63,994 nt of DNA, filler included, from an uncultured Myxococcia bacterium (GCA_964617105.1; 4 parts of 4 records of this genome joined end to end with filler, not necessarily neighbours in it); one strand, 5' to 3'; positions 1-10,196 are shown, counted from the whole stretch's first letter. Program-made: numbers and translations. Notes: generated by a model not told the origin, from the letters alone.

Positions 1-2
1 AA

Positions 3-1304
3 GAGGCCATCGAGAAATATAAACACGGTATAAAAATTACCTTTAAAGGCACACCCGACAAATACCAGGATGCCTTGACCACATTTGACCACGTCTTGAA
101 AGTGGCTAACAATTACCATCAGGCCAATATCGGTAAAGCCAGCGTTTTTATGTATTGGAGTGATTACCTGAAGACCCAAAGCCGGCTCTACATGGACAGT
201 TACCGAGATCTACAATATCAACTAAAAGAATTGGACAAGGATGAAAAAGCAGATTCTACACTTAAAGAGGAGTTGAATATTCAGGGCAAACAAATGGCCG
301 CCCAAATAGATGATTTACGGGAACAGGCTGCGAATAAACTTCGACAGGGCTTCGATATTATCCAAAAACTGACCAATACATCAGATAACCTTCCGCCCCT
401 CGTAAAACTGGCGGTGGCCGATTACTACCGTCAGGTGAACGAAACTGAAAAATTCAAAAAATTCCTAAGCGAGGCTAAAGCAGAGATAAGATTCGACCAA
501 CTGGCGGTGCCTGCCATGGAAGCGGAAATTAAGTATTTGATGGCTGGCTTTGACCTGGAGAACCTATCAGCTGGGAATAAAAAAGGTTATGCCAGAGTTA
601 AAAATCTGGTCAAGGAGAGCCTGGTTTACAATAACTCTTTGCTCAAGGCCCGTTTCCTGTTGGCCTATATTTTTGCCAAAATGGATAAACCAGGCAAGGC
701 CAAGGAGCAACTGAGAATTATTTTACAGGAAAATGAATTTTATAAGCCCGCCCTCTTACTAAAGAATAATTTGAGTCAAAAACAGAAAAAAGAGGTAAAG
801 AAAGAGGCCAAAACCGTAGTGGCAAAGGTAAAAAAGGCAAAAACGGTGAAAAAAGCCCGGCCAAAAGCCCAAAGCATGTTTTCGCCACCTGCAAAAGCTC
901 CAAAAAGGACAAAAAAAACTAAGAGGAAATTCGGTGGCAAAGCTGGCCAGAATTATAACTTCTTTCTAAAAAAAGCGGATCGCTTGAGGGACAACGAGTC
1001 TTACAGTAAAGCGATTAAAAACTACAAAAAAGCAGCCGAACTGGCGCCCCGGAAAGGTCAACCTTTTGTGGGCATGGGGTGGTGTGCAATAGATAATGGC
1101 GATATAAAAAAGGCCATAGACTACTTTCACAAGGCGATTTTCAGGGAATCCCGGCTGGCAGAGGCATATATAGGGTTGGGCGAAGGGTATAAAGAGTTAG
1201 GAAATACCAAAAAAGCAAAATCCTATTTTAAAAAATATTTACAGGTGGCGCCCAAAGGTCCAGAGGCCAATGTGGCCAAAACTAATTTACGCAAATTAAA
1301 ATGA
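3..1304 (+). CDS. TPR-repeat protein with Lys-rich linker, 5'-partial
   Basis: Frame is open from position 3. C-terminal TPR patterns (AIKNYKKAAELAP, AEAYIGLGEGYKELG, YFKKYLQVAPKG). Stop overlaps the gatC start (ATGA). Confidence 0.75.
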   Translation, partial: EAIEKYKHGIKITFKGTPDKYQDALTTFDHVLKVANNYHQANIGKASVFMYWSDYLKTQSRLYMDSYRDLQYQLKELDKDEKADSTLKEELNIQGKQMAAQIDDLREQAANKLRQGFDIIQKLTNTSDNLPPLVKLAVADYYRQVNETEKFKKFLSEAKAEIRFDQLAVPAMEAEIKYLMAGFDLENLSAGNKKGYARVKNLVKESLVYNNSLLKARFLLAYIFAKMDKPGKAKEQLRIILQENEFYKPALLLKNNLSQKQKKEVKKEAKTVVAKVKKAKTVKKARPKAQSMFSPPAKAPKRTKKTKRKFGGKAGQNYNFFLKKADRLRDNESYSKAIKNYKKAAELAPRKGQPFVGMGWCAIDNGDIKKAIDYFHKAIFRESRLAEAYIGLGEGYKELGNTKKAKSYFKKYLQVAPKGPEANVAKTNLRKLK

Positions 1305-1585
1305 AAATAGACCAAAATACCGTTGAATACATAGCCCAATTAGCCAAATTATCCATCTCCACGGCAGAGAAGGGACAGGTTTTAAAACAACTCAATCGGG
1401 TGCTGGATTATATGGCCCTTTTAGATGAAGTGAATACTGATCATATAGAGCCCACTGCCCATGTAATGCCACTTGAGAATGTGTTACGTCAGGATTCGGT
1501 CCAGGAATCTCAACCTCAATCCGATTCTGTTGATAATGCTCCTCAAATACAGGATAATTGCTTTGTGGTACCCAAGGTGATTTAG
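1301..1585 (+). CDS. gatC: Asp/Glu-tRNA amidotransferase subunit C
   Basis: IAQLAKL, C-terminal FVVPKVI, 94 aa, directly upstream of gatA. Confidence 0.95.
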   Translation: MKIDQNTVEYIAQLAKLSISTAEKGQVLKQLNRVLDYMALLDEVNTDHIEPTAHVMPLENVLRQDSVQESQPQSDSVDNAPQIQDNCFVVPKVI

Positions 1586-1639
1586 GGGACAATCATTTCA
1601 TCACGGGAGTTAGATGGGAACTACCAGCAGGAGAGACAG

Positions 1640-3091
1640 GTGTCAATTACCGATTTGACTATTTTTCAGACCATCCAACTGATTAAAAAAGGGGAAATGA
1701 GTGCCAGGGAGGTAACCCTGGCCTATCTGGATCGGATTGAAAAACTAAACCCTTTAACAAATGCTTACCTTTCTATAAATGACCGGGCGCTGGAAAAAGC
1801 GGACCAGATAGATAGTAAAAAACTTTCTTCCCTTTCCTGCCCAGGAATTCCGATAGCCTTAAAAGACAACATGGTAACCCTGGGGATGCCCACCACCTGC
1901 GGTTCAAAAATTTTGCAAAATTTTCATCCCCCTTACCAGGCCACAGTGGCAGAACGCCTTCAATCATCTGGTGCAATCGTGCTGGGCAAAACTAATATGG
2001 ATGAATTCGCCATGGGTTCCTCCAATGAAACCTCTTTTTACTCTCCTTGTTGTAACCCCTGGGATCCAGATAGAGTTCCCGGCGGGTCTAGCGGCGGCTC
2101 AGCAGCAGCGGTAGCGGCCGATCTATGTGGCGGTGCTCTTGGCTCCGACACTGGTGGTTCCATCAGACAACCCGCATCTTTCTGCTCGGTGGTGGGATTA
2201 AAGCCTACCTACGGGCTGGTTAGCAGATACGGACTGGTAGCCTACGCATCCTCTCTTGACCAGATAGGACCAATTGCCAAAGATGTTACTGACTGTGCCT
2301 TTCTGCTCTCTTTGGTGGCCGGACATGATAAGCGGGACTCCACTTCTCTGCCGGTTGACATTCCCGATTATGTGAGTGCTCTGACTCGAGAAATAAAAGG
2401 GTTAAAAGTGGGAATCTGCCGGGAATATTTAGAGGAAGGACTTGAGCCAGCAGTCCAATCAGCCTTGCAAAAAGCCCTATCGGTTCTGACCGACCTGGGA
2501 TGCCAACTGGTAGAAATTACCCTGCCTCATGCCAAATACGCTGTGCCCGCCTATTACCTGGTGGCCATGGCTGAAGCCAGTTCCAATCTTTCCCGGTACG
2601 ATGGGGTCAAATACGGTTTCAGGGAATCTAATACTACTGATTTGAATTCCATGTATCGCTCCACCAGAAAAAGCGGTTTTGGCCAGGAGGTAAAACAGAG
2701 AATCATGCTGGGGACTTTCGCCCTGTCTGCCGGCTATTACGATGCCTTTTACCTAAAAGCCCAAAAGGTGCGCACCCTTATTGTTCAAGACCATAAAGAA
2801 GCCTTCTTAAATTGTCAGGTTTTAATTACTCCCACCTATCCCACCACGGCCTTTAAATTAGGGGAGATGATCCATGACCCCCTGAAGATGTATCTGGCCG
2901 ACCTGTTTACTATCTCCTGCAATTTGGCCGGCTTGCCTGGATTATCCATCCCCTGTGGATTCGATCATAAAAATTTACCCATTGGCATGCAGATTATCGG
3001 CCCTCATTTGCAGGAGAAAATGATTTTAAATGTAGCATACGCTTTTGAACAGGCTACCAGCTGGCATCGAAAAAAGCCGGAAACCAGGTAG
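1640..3091 (+). CDS. gatA: Asp/Glu-tRNA amidotransferase subunit A
   Basis: Amidase signature GKTNMDEFAMGSS, GGSSGGSAAAV, GSDTGGSIRQPA, SNLSRYDG. Confidence 0.98.
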   Translation: MSITDLTIFQTIQLIKKGEMSAREVTLAYLDRIEKLNPLTNAYLSINDRALEKADQIDSKKLSSLSCPGIPIALKDNMVTLGMPTTCGSKILQNFHPPYQATVAERLQSSGAIVLGKTNMDEFAMGSSNETSFYSPCCNPWDPDRVPGGSSGGSAAAVAADLCGGALGSDTGGSIRQPASFCSVVGLKPTYGLVSRYGLVAYASSLDQIGPIAKDVTDCAFLLSLVAGHDKRDSTSLPVDIPDYVSALTREIKGLKVGICREYLEEGLEPAVQSALQKALSVLTDLGCQLVEITLPHAKYAVPAYYLVAMAEASSNLSRYDGVKYGFRESNTTDLNSMYRSTRKSGFGQEVKQRIMLGTFALSAGYYDAFYLKAQKVRTLIVQDHKEAFLNCQVLITPTYPTTAFKLGEMIHDPLKMYLADLFTISCNLAGLPGLSIPCGFDHKNLPIGMQIIGPHLQEKMILNVAYAFEQATSWHRKKPETR

Positions 3092-3146
3092 ATCCAGTGT
3101 ATATTAAAAAAAAATTAAAGATAAAGGCCAAAAGAGAGAAATAAAT

Positions 3147-4586
3147 ATGGCTGGCAACGATTTTGAAACAGTAATTGGTTTAGAAGTGCACGCCCAACTG
3201 CTTACCTGCAGTAAAATTTTTTGCGCCTGCTCCACCAAATTCGGCGCTGAAGCCAATAGCCACACCTGTCCGGTATGTATGGGAATGCCCGGAGTTTTGC
3301 CGGTATTGAACCGCCAGGTGGTAGAACTGGCTATCAAAGCCGCATTAGCCATGGATTTCCAAATAGCGCCTAAAAGTATTTTTGCCCGCAAAAACTACTT
3401 TTACCCCGACCTGCCAAAAGGCTATCAAATTTCCCAATTCGAATTGCCTTTGGCCAGTAGTGGCCACCTGACCATTCCTCTTGAAGGGAAAAAGAAAAAA
3501 ATCAATATTTGCCGCATGCACCTGGAGGAAGATGCCGGAAAAAGCATGCACCGGCAGGAATTAGGCTCCAGTCTGGTAGATTTCAACCGTTGTGGAGTAC
3601 CCCTGCTGGAGATAGTCAGTGAGCCGGAACTCCGTTCACCCCAAGAGGCATCGCTGTATCTTCAAACCATGCGCTCGATACTGCGCTACCTGAAAGTTTG
3701 CGATGGCAACATGGAGGAAGGATCGCTACGCTGTGATGCCAATATCTCTTTACGTCCCAGGGGAGATGAAAAGTTAGGGGTGAAAGTTGAATTAAAAAAT
3801 ATGAACTCTTTTAAGTTCGTAACCAGGGCTCTTCAATACGAAACAGAACGGCAAAAGGCAATTTTATTTGATGGTGAAGAAGTAGCGCAAGAAACCAGGC
3901 TATGGGATGAGGCGGCCGGAGTTACCCGTTCCATGCGGAGCAAGGAAGAGGCTCACGATTACCGCTATTTCCCTGATCCAGACCTGACGCCCCTGGTTAT
4001 TGACCAGAAATGGATAAATCTCCTGAAAGGGCAATTACCAGAGTTGCCATCGGAAAAGATAAATAGATTAATGGGGCAATATCACCTTTCCCATTATGAC
4101 GCTCAACTGTTGACCGAAGAGAGAGAGACAGCCGATTATTTTGAGGAAGCGGTTTCTGCCTATAACAGCCCGAAAGCCCTGGCCAATTGGCTGTTAAACG
4201 ATCTATCCAGTCAACTGAAAAGTCAAAAAAGAGAGATTGCCGATTCTCCGGTGGCGCCTAAAGATTTGGCCGGCCTGGTAAAGTTGATTGAGGAGGGACA
4301 GATATCGGGTAAAATCGGAAAAACCGTGCTGGCTAAAATGTATAACTCTTCCGCCTCACCCCAAAAAATCGTGGAACAAGAAAATTTACAGCAGATAACC
4401 GACACCTTTCTGCTGGAGAAAATCATTAAAGATATTTTAGCCAAAAATCAAAACCAGGTGGAACAATACCGGCAGGGCAAGAAAAAAGTGCTGGGTTATT
4501 TTGTGGGCCAGGTTATGAAACAAAGTCAAGGAAAAGCAAACCCAAAATTAGTTAATGAACTAATTTTAAAACAATTGGAGGTTTAA
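3147..4586 (+). CDS. gatB: Asp/Glu-tRNA amidotransferase subunit B
   Basis: VIGLEVHAQL, RKNYFYPDLPKGYQISQ, HLEEDAGK, DYRYFPDPDL, GQVMK. Confidence 0.98.
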   Translation: MAGNDFETVIGLEVHAQLLTCSKIFCACSTKFGAEANSHTCPVCMGMPGVLPVLNRQVVELAIKAALAMDFQIAPKSIFARKNYFYPDLPKGYQISQFELPLASSGHLTIPLEGKKKKINICRMHLEEDAGKSMHRQELGSSLVDFNRCGVPLLEIVSEPELRSPQEASLYLQTMRSILRYLKVCDGNMEEGSLRCDANISLRPRGDEKLGVKVELKNMNSFKFVTRALQYETERQKAILFDGEEVAQETRLWDEAAGVTRSMRSKEEAHDYRYFPDPDLTPLVIDQKWINLLKGQLPELPSEKINRLMGQYHLSHYDAQLLTEERETADYFEEAVSAYNSPKALANWLLNDLSSQLKSQKREIADSPVAPKDLAGLVKLIEEGQISGKIGKTVLAKMYNSSASPQKIVEQENLQQITDTFLLEKIIKDILAKNQNQVEQYRQGKKKVLGYFVGQVMKQSQGKANPKLVNELILKQLEV

Positions 4587-4587
4587 T

Positions 4588-5631
4588 ATGAGTTTTAGCA
4601 CCATTTCCTTGAAAGACGATCACGTAGAAATGATCGATCAGCGGATATTGCCCAATCGAGAAGAATATCTCCAATTTACCGATGCCAGGCAAGTTGCGGA
4701 TGCTATCCGTAGTATGGTTATCAGGGGAGCCCCGGCCATCGGGGTGGCGGCTGCCATGGGGATGGCGGTGGAAGCCCTGGCCTGGAAAGAGTTGAGCCAG
4801 GAAGAGTTTAAATCTAAAATGGGGGCTGCCCGAGAAACACTGGCCGCAGCCAGACCTACAGCCAACAACCTGTTTTGGGCTCTGGCCAGAATAGATAAGG
4901 TCATGGAAAAAAACTCTAACCTGCCTGTAAAACAACAAGTGGAATGTTTATATAAAGAGGCAGAAATTATCCACACCCAGGATATTGAAACCAATAAAAC
5001 CATGGCCTGCAACGGCGCCCAACTGGTGAAAAAAAACCAGACCATTTTGACCCATTGCAATGCTGGCGCTCTGGCCACCGGGGGAGTATATGGAACCGCT
5101 GTCGGTGTTATCAAAGCGGCCTGGGAACAGGGAAAAAACATCAAGGTGATTGCCGATGAAACCAGGCCTTTTTTACAGGGCGCCCGTCTGACCGCCTGGG
5201 AAATGCAAAAGGAAGGAATACCGGTTACGGTTATTACCGATAACATGTCTGGCCACTTTATGAAAAAGGGGATGATAGATATCATTTTCGTGGGTGCCGA
5301 TAGAATTGCCGGCAATGGCGATGCCGCTAACAAAATAGGCACTTATATGGTGGCGGTGCTAGCCCGGGAAAATCAGATCCCCTTTTATGTAGTAGCGCCT
5401 TTTTCCACCATTGACATGAGCCTGGATAGCGGTGACCAAATTCCCATCGAAGAGCGGCCGGAAAAAGAGGTTACCCACATCGGAGATCATCGAATCACTC
5501 CAGAGGGAGTTCTGGTTCGCAATACTGCTTTCGATGTAACTCCCTTTGAATATATTAAAGGTATAGTAACCGAAAAAGGGGTGGTTTATCCCCCCTTTGA
5601 TCAAAACTTAAAACTTCTAGCAAACCAGTAA
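4588..5631 (+). CDS. mtnA: S-methyl-5-thioribose-1-phosphate isomerase
   Basis: RGAPAIG, RPTANNL, THCNAGALAT, ETRPFLQGARLTAWE, GADRI, NKIGTY. Confidence 0.95.
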   Translation: MSFSTISLKDDHVEMIDQRILPNREEYLQFTDARQVADAIRSMVIRGAPAIGVAAAMGMAVEALAWKELSQEEFKSKMGAARETLAAARPTANNLFWALARIDKVMEKNSNLPVKQQVECLYKEAEIIHTQDIETNKTMACNGAQLVKKNQTILTHCNAGALATGGVYGTAVGVIKAAWEQGKNIKVIADETRPFLQGARLTAWEMQKEGIPVTVITDNMSGHFMKKGMIDIIFVGADRIAGNGDAANKIGTYMVAVLARENQIPFYVVAPFSTIDMSLDSGDQIPIEERPEKEVTHIGDHRITPEGVLVRNTAFDVTPFEYIKGIVTEKGVVYPPFDQNLKLLANQ

Positions 5632-5662
5632 CCAGTTAAAGAAGTTGCCAAAAACCATTTAT

Positions 5663-5688
5663 ACGCCCAATCCTTTATTATTGGGCGT
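5663..5688 (+). terminator. 9-bp inverted repeat after mtnA (possible terminator or operator)
   Basis: ACGCCCAAT / ATTGGGCGT with an 8-nt loop; no U-tract. Confidence 0.35.
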
Positions 5689-5727
5689 CAAATCCCCTGC
5701 TAAAGTGGGAGGGCTCCTTACTCTTTT

Positions 5728-8505
5728 ATGAATCCAGCTTTAGTTAACATCATCATAAGTTTTATCGTAATTATTATTGTAACCAATTCGGTTATAGTAA
5801 TTACCCTATGGCTGCGGGAAAAGGGAAAGATCACCAGTTTATCCAAACTGTTCTCTTTTACAAAGAAAGCCAAAAAAGATGAGGATGAGGATGAGGATGA
5901 TGACGAAGAAAGTGAGATGGAGGAGATTGACATCTCCCAGGTGGATGAAGAAACCCTGCAAAAACTTCAGAAAACCATAGAAAAGTTAAAAAATGAACTG
6001 CAACAAAAAAATAATAAAATAAAAACGTTAAAAAATGAAGTTGAAACCTTGCAAACACAGGTGGATAGCAGCAAACAAAAAGATAATCAGGAAGAGGAAG
6101 ACCTAACCGAAGAAGATTTGAAACGGCTTAAGGGTTTACATGGTGAGGAAGAGGAAATTGATGGGGAGGAGGAAGAGAGTGATAGCGCTGATATTAGCCA
6201 GGAGATTAAAGCCAAAGATAACCGAATCAAGGAGTTGGAAGATACCATAGATCAGTTAGAGAAAAAATTAGCCGAAAAGGAAGAAGATGCCGATGACCAG
6301 GACGACCTGGACCTGGGAGATGAAGATACTACAAAAGATAGCGAAGAGGATTCATCCCAACTGGAGGAGTTGCGCCAGGAGTTAAAGCAGCTGAAAGAGG
6401 AAAATGAGAAGTTTCAAAATGAATACGTTCCCAAATCCAACCAGGAGGAGATGGAAAAGGAATTAGAGATAAAATCTGAAGAGATAGATATGCTCCAGGA
6501 TCAACTGGACTCTGTGCAGGAAAAACTGGACGCCTTGACAGAAGAAGAAGAGCGGATAGACAATGGGAGCGAGAAAGAGGATACCGCCCCAGAAGAGAAA
6601 GAGGAAGCCAGCCAGGCCAAGTTGGAGGCCATGGACAATGAGTTGCAAGGTTTGAAAGAAAAATTGGAGAATGCAGAAGATGAAAAAAATATGCTGCAGA
6701 TGTGGTTGGATGAACAAAATACAGAGGTGGAAAAAAACCAGAAAAAAATGAAGGAGATGGAAAATCTATTAATAGAGCAGCAACAAATTGCCGAGGAAAG
6801 TGAAACAGATAAAGAAACCACCGATCAGCCAGAAATTGGAAGCGGTGTTGATCAAGAGGCTATGCAGTCTCATAACCAGCAATTGCGGGAACGAATTAGT
6901 GATATAGAAAATTTAAACGATTCTTTGCGCAAAGAGTTGGAAGAGAGCCGGCAAAAATGGATGGCGGAGAGCGAAGCAATACTGAATGAAAGCAAAGAAA
7001 CCCAGGCCTCGTTGCTTTTAGAACATTTTAAAAAACAAACCATGGCTATCGAATCGGCCCTGCAATATAATCTTAAAGATCTACAGGAAAAATTGAACCG
7101 CCGGGAAATAGAGGTAGAGCATGCCGAGAAAAAATACACCAACCTGCTGCAGGAAAAACTAGACGAAACCGAACTTAAGGAGATGATGTCCAAGGAGGCG
7201 GATTTACTTAATAACCGCCTGGATGAAATAAAAGAGGAAAATCAGCAACTGGCCAATAAAAACCAGGGGTTAATTGATGAGTTGCGAGAACTCTCTTTTA
7301 GCGGCGAAGGCGGCGAGGAAGTAGAGCGACTGAGGCGTCAATTGGCCAACCGGGAAAAAGTTATCCGGGATATGGATATACAGATAGAGCGAATAAAAGA
7401 GATGGCCAAAACTCCGGAAATGAAAGAGCAGTTGCTCAAGGAGATCTCCAGCCTTTCCCAACAAATAGAAACCGCCAAAGAGCAGGAGAGTCTTTCCGCA
7501 GATCTAATTACCGAAGATCTGCCGCCAATAGATGAATCGATGATCGACCCGGAACAAAAGGATCTTTCAGCCGATATAAAAGAGAAACTGGAAGCCGCAG
7601 AGGAGGAAAGAGATTTTATCCAGGAGGAATACAAGAACCTCTACAACTCCACTGAGCGTAGTAATGCCATTATAAACAAAGAGTTAGATGATGCCAAAGC
7701 GGACAATCAGGAGTTGAAGAGCAAATTTACGGAACTGGAAGATGCCAATAAAAAAGCAGAGACGGAAATTGAATCGTTAGGCAAGGAGTTGGATGAAGCG
7801 GCAGAAGAGTACCAACGGCTCTATGAAAATATCGATGCCGTTCAAAATATTGAGGATCACAACCGTCTGAAAGAAGAAAATAAAGAACTAAAAGAGAAGT
7901 TTACCTCCCTGGAAAAAGAGATGGATTCCTTTAGCGATGAGTACGCAAGATTGTTCGAAAACTCTATGAAGCAGGAGGATATTGATGATTCGGTACAGCG
8001 GCTAAAAGAGGAAAATACCCAGTTGAGCGACAAAATTACCAACCTGGAAGACAAGTTAAATGCCAAGGATAAAGAGTTAGAAGATTTTGCCGAAGAGTAC
8101 GAGCGGATGTTTGTTAATCAACAGGAGATGATGGCCGCGGCAGCCGCGGCAGCCGCACCAGGTGAGCAGGATAAAAATACCGGCCAATTGCAAAAAGAGA
8201 TTGACAAATTGACCAAGGAAAACCATAGCATGGAAATCGCTCTGACCAAGACCCACAAGGAGATAGATTCTTTTGTCCAGGAATTTGAACGGCTCTCTGA
8301 AAATGCCTCCTCCTTTGAACAGGAGCAAACCATTATCAAGATGGAAAAGAATAATCAGTCCCTGACTACAGAAAACCAAAAGCTCAATCAACAAATAACA
8401 GAGATGCAAGATGAATTTGATATGATGAACGAAACTCTGACTGAATTGAATAAAGATTATATGGGACTTTTACAAAAACAGAATAAGGGGACTAAGTCGA
8501 ATTAA
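5728..8505 (+). CDS. Membrane-anchored, very acidic long coiled-coil protein of unknown function
   Basis: N-terminal hydrophobic helix (IIISFIVIIIVTNSVIVITLWL) followed by a basic patch, then ~880 aa rich in E/D/K/Q heptads with a recurring KExDxFxEEYxRLF motif. Confidence 0.85.
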   Translation: MNPALVNIIISFIVIIIVTNSVIVITLWLREKGKITSLSKLFSFTKKAKKDEDEDEDDDEESEMEEIDISQVDEETLQKLQKTIEKLKNELQQKNNKIKTLKNEVETLQTQVDSSKQKDNQEEEDLTEEDLKRLKGLHGEEEEIDGEEEESDSADISQEIKAKDNRIKELEDTIDQLEKKLAEKEEDADDQDDLDLGDEDTTKDSEEDSSQLEELRQELKQLKEENEKFQNEYVPKSNQEEMEKELEIKSEEIDMLQDQLDSVQEKLDALTEEEERIDNGSEKEDTAPEEKEEASQAKLEAMDNELQGLKEKLENAEDEKNMLQMWLDEQNTEVEKNQKKMKEMENLLIEQQQIAEESETDKETTDQPEIGSGVDQEAMQSHNQQLRERISDIENLNDSLRKELEESRQKWMAESEAILNESKETQASLLLEHFKKQTMAIESALQYNLKDLQEKLNRREIEVEHAEKKYTNLLQEKLDETELKEMMSKEADLLNNRLDEIKEENQQLANKNQGLIDELRELSFSGEGGEEVERLRRQLANREKVIRDMDIQIERIKEMAKTPEMKEQLLKEISSLSQQIETAKEQESLSADLITEDLPPIDESMIDPEQKDLSADIKEKLEAAEEERDFIQEEYKNLYNSTERSNAIINKELDDAKADNQELKSKFTELEDANKKAETEIESLGKELDEAAEEYQRLYENIDAVQNIEDHNRLKEENKELKEKFTSLEKEMDSFSDEYARLFENSMKQEDIDDSVQRLKEENTQLSDKITNLEDKLNAKDKELEDFAEEYERMFVNQQEMMAAAAAAAAPGEQDKNTGQLQKEIDKLTKENHSMEIALTKTHKEIDSFVQEFERLSENASSFEQEQTIIKMEKNNQSLTTENQKLNQQITEMQDEFDMMNETLTELNKDYMGLLQKQNKGTKSN

Positions 8506-8591
8506 TTACCCCATTCAGCCCCTTTATTATGGTCATGTCAAGTGACTGATGTTGCTTGACAGGGCACTATGTTATATGGAGGTACATAGTT

Positions 8592-9311
8592 ATGCGAAGT
8601 GATGGTAGAGATTATAACCAGATCAGAGAGGTAGAGATTATTCCCGATTTTTTAAGTTACCCTTTAGGTTCGGTTTTGATTGGCATGGGAAACACCAAAG
8701 TGCTTTGCAGCGCCAGCATGGATGAGAAGGTGCCCTCATGGATGGAGGGGCAGGAGAGGGGATGGGTCACCGCTGAGTACAGCATGCTGCCGGCCTCTAA
8801 CCGCAACAGTCGCAGCGCCCGGGAATCCAGCCGGGGCAAAGTTGGAGGGCGGACCCATGAAATTCAGAGGCTGATAGGGCGCTCGCTCCGGGGGTCGGTG
8901 GACCTGAAAGATATAGCGGGAAAAACTTTTTGGATCGATTGTGATGTTTTGCAGGCTGATGGCGGCACCAGGACCGCCTCTATTACCGGTGGTTACATTG
9001 CCCTGCTTTTAGCCTTCAACCGCTTGAAAGAGATGGGAAAACTGGAAAAAATACCCTTTATACATTCCCTGGCCTCTATCAGCGCCGGGATGGTAGAGGG
9101 AAAACCACTTTTGGACCTCAATTATCACGAAGATTCTCAGGCTGATGTGGATATGAATTTTGTCATCACCGGCCAGGGACAACTGATCGAAGTCCAGGGT
9201 ACTGCCGAGGGCCAGTGTTTCAGTAAAACCGAGATGGATCAAATGTTTGAACTGGCTCTCCAGGGGACCAATAGACTGTTGGCGATTATTGAGGAGTTGA
9301 GAATTGGGTGA
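8592..9311 (+). CDS. rph: Ribonuclease PH
   Basis: MRSDGR, GWVTAEYSMLP, GGRTHEIQRLIGRSLR, DCDVLQADGGTRTASITG. GGAGGT RBS supports the ATG at 8592. Confidence 0.97.
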   Translation: MRSDGRDYNQIREVEIIPDFLSYPLGSVLIGMGNTKVLCSASMDEKVPSWMEGQERGWVTAEYSMLPASNRNSRSARESSRGKVGGRTHEIQRLIGRSLRGSVDLKDIAGKTFWIDCDVLQADGGTRTASITGGYIALLLAFNRLKEMGKLEKIPFIHSLASISAGMVEGKPLLDLNYHEDSQADVDMNFVITGQGQLIEVQGTAEGQCFSKTEMDQMFELALQGTNRLLAIIEELRIG

Positions 9312-9317
9312 GTCTTT

Positions 9318-9929
9318 ATGAATAAAAAAATTATTGTGGCTACCTCTAATCCGGGAAAAGTAAGAGAGTATAATAAAATGCTGCACCATTTTGGCTTTGA
9401 AGTGCTCTCTCTTAAAGATTTTCCCGATTTTCCCGAAATAGATGAGACCGGTGAGACTTTTTCGGCTAACGCCGACCTAAAAGCATTTGGCACTTTCAGG
9501 CATTTCAACCTGCCCGCTCTGGGCGATGACTCAGGATTAGAGGTCTTTGCTCTAGGAGGCCGGCCTGGAGTCTATTCTGCCCGTTATGGAAAAGCGGGTA
9601 GTTCAGATAAGGATAAATGCCTTCAACTTCTTAAAGAGATGGACAAAATTTCAGAATCGGAAAGAGAGGCTAGATTTGTCTGCCACCTGACCCTGGTTTT
9701 AAGCGAGCAAGAAGTGGTAAGAGTCTGGGGAGAATGCCGGGGACGAATATACCATGAGTTGAAAGGAGAAAATGGTTTCGGTTTTGATCCAATTTTCTAT
9801 TTGCCTGAACGTAACTGTACCATGGCCCAACTGGATGCTGAAGTAAAAAACAGTATCAGCCATCGGGGACGGGCATTACAGCAATTAAAAGAGGAGTTGG
9901 CTAACCTTCTCAAGAGAAGCCTTGCCTAA
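9318..9929 (+). CDS. rdgB: XTP/dITP diphosphatase (Ham1 family)
   Basis: ATSNPGK, DDSGL, PGVYSARY, GFGFDPIF, KNSISHRG; classic rph-rdgB pair. Confidence 0.95.
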   Translation: MNKKIIVATSNPGKVREYNKMLHHFGFEVLSLKDFPDFPEIDETGETFSANADLKAFGTFRHFNLPALGDDSGLEVFALGGRPGVYSARYGKAGSSDKDKCLQLLKEMDKISESEREARFVCHLTLVLSEQEVVRVWGECRGRIYHELKGENGFGFDPIFYLPERNCTMAQLDAEVKNSISHRGRALQQLKEELANLLKRSLA

Positions 9930-10196
9930 TTGGTTTGCATCATCACCGTCAAAAGTGGCTAATTCTTCAAACAGAATATCTTCTATAGTATCAGAAAATA
10001 GACGCAGAACCTTGCCTATTGGTTCAAAATCAGGATGGGCACGGGGTAGATCCAAAAAATACATTTGCCTTTCCGCTGTCTTGATTAGAGCAATTTTGAC
10101 ATAATCCAACTTTTCGTAATGTTCAATCAGAGGTTGCAACTCCCACAATATCTTTTGGGCTATGTCTTGAGTATATTTTTTAAAATTCTCTTCCAT
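9885..10196 (-). CDS. Hypothetical protein translationally coupled to efp
   Basis: 103-aa ORF whose start overlaps the efp stop (TGATG); 3' end overlaps rdgB convergently by 45 nt. Confidence 0.6.
   Translation of the reverse strand: MEENFKKYTQDIAQKILWELQPLIEHYEKLDYVKIALIKTAERQMYFLDLPRAHPDFEPIGKVLRLFSDTIEDILFEELATFDGDDANQLGKASLEKVSQLLF

Noticed and set aside
4638-5342. Long antisense ORFs (also 24287-24901, 28906-29535, 41926-42711 and many short ones)
   Set aside because: Shadows of well-supported genes on the opposite strand, with no recognisable motifs
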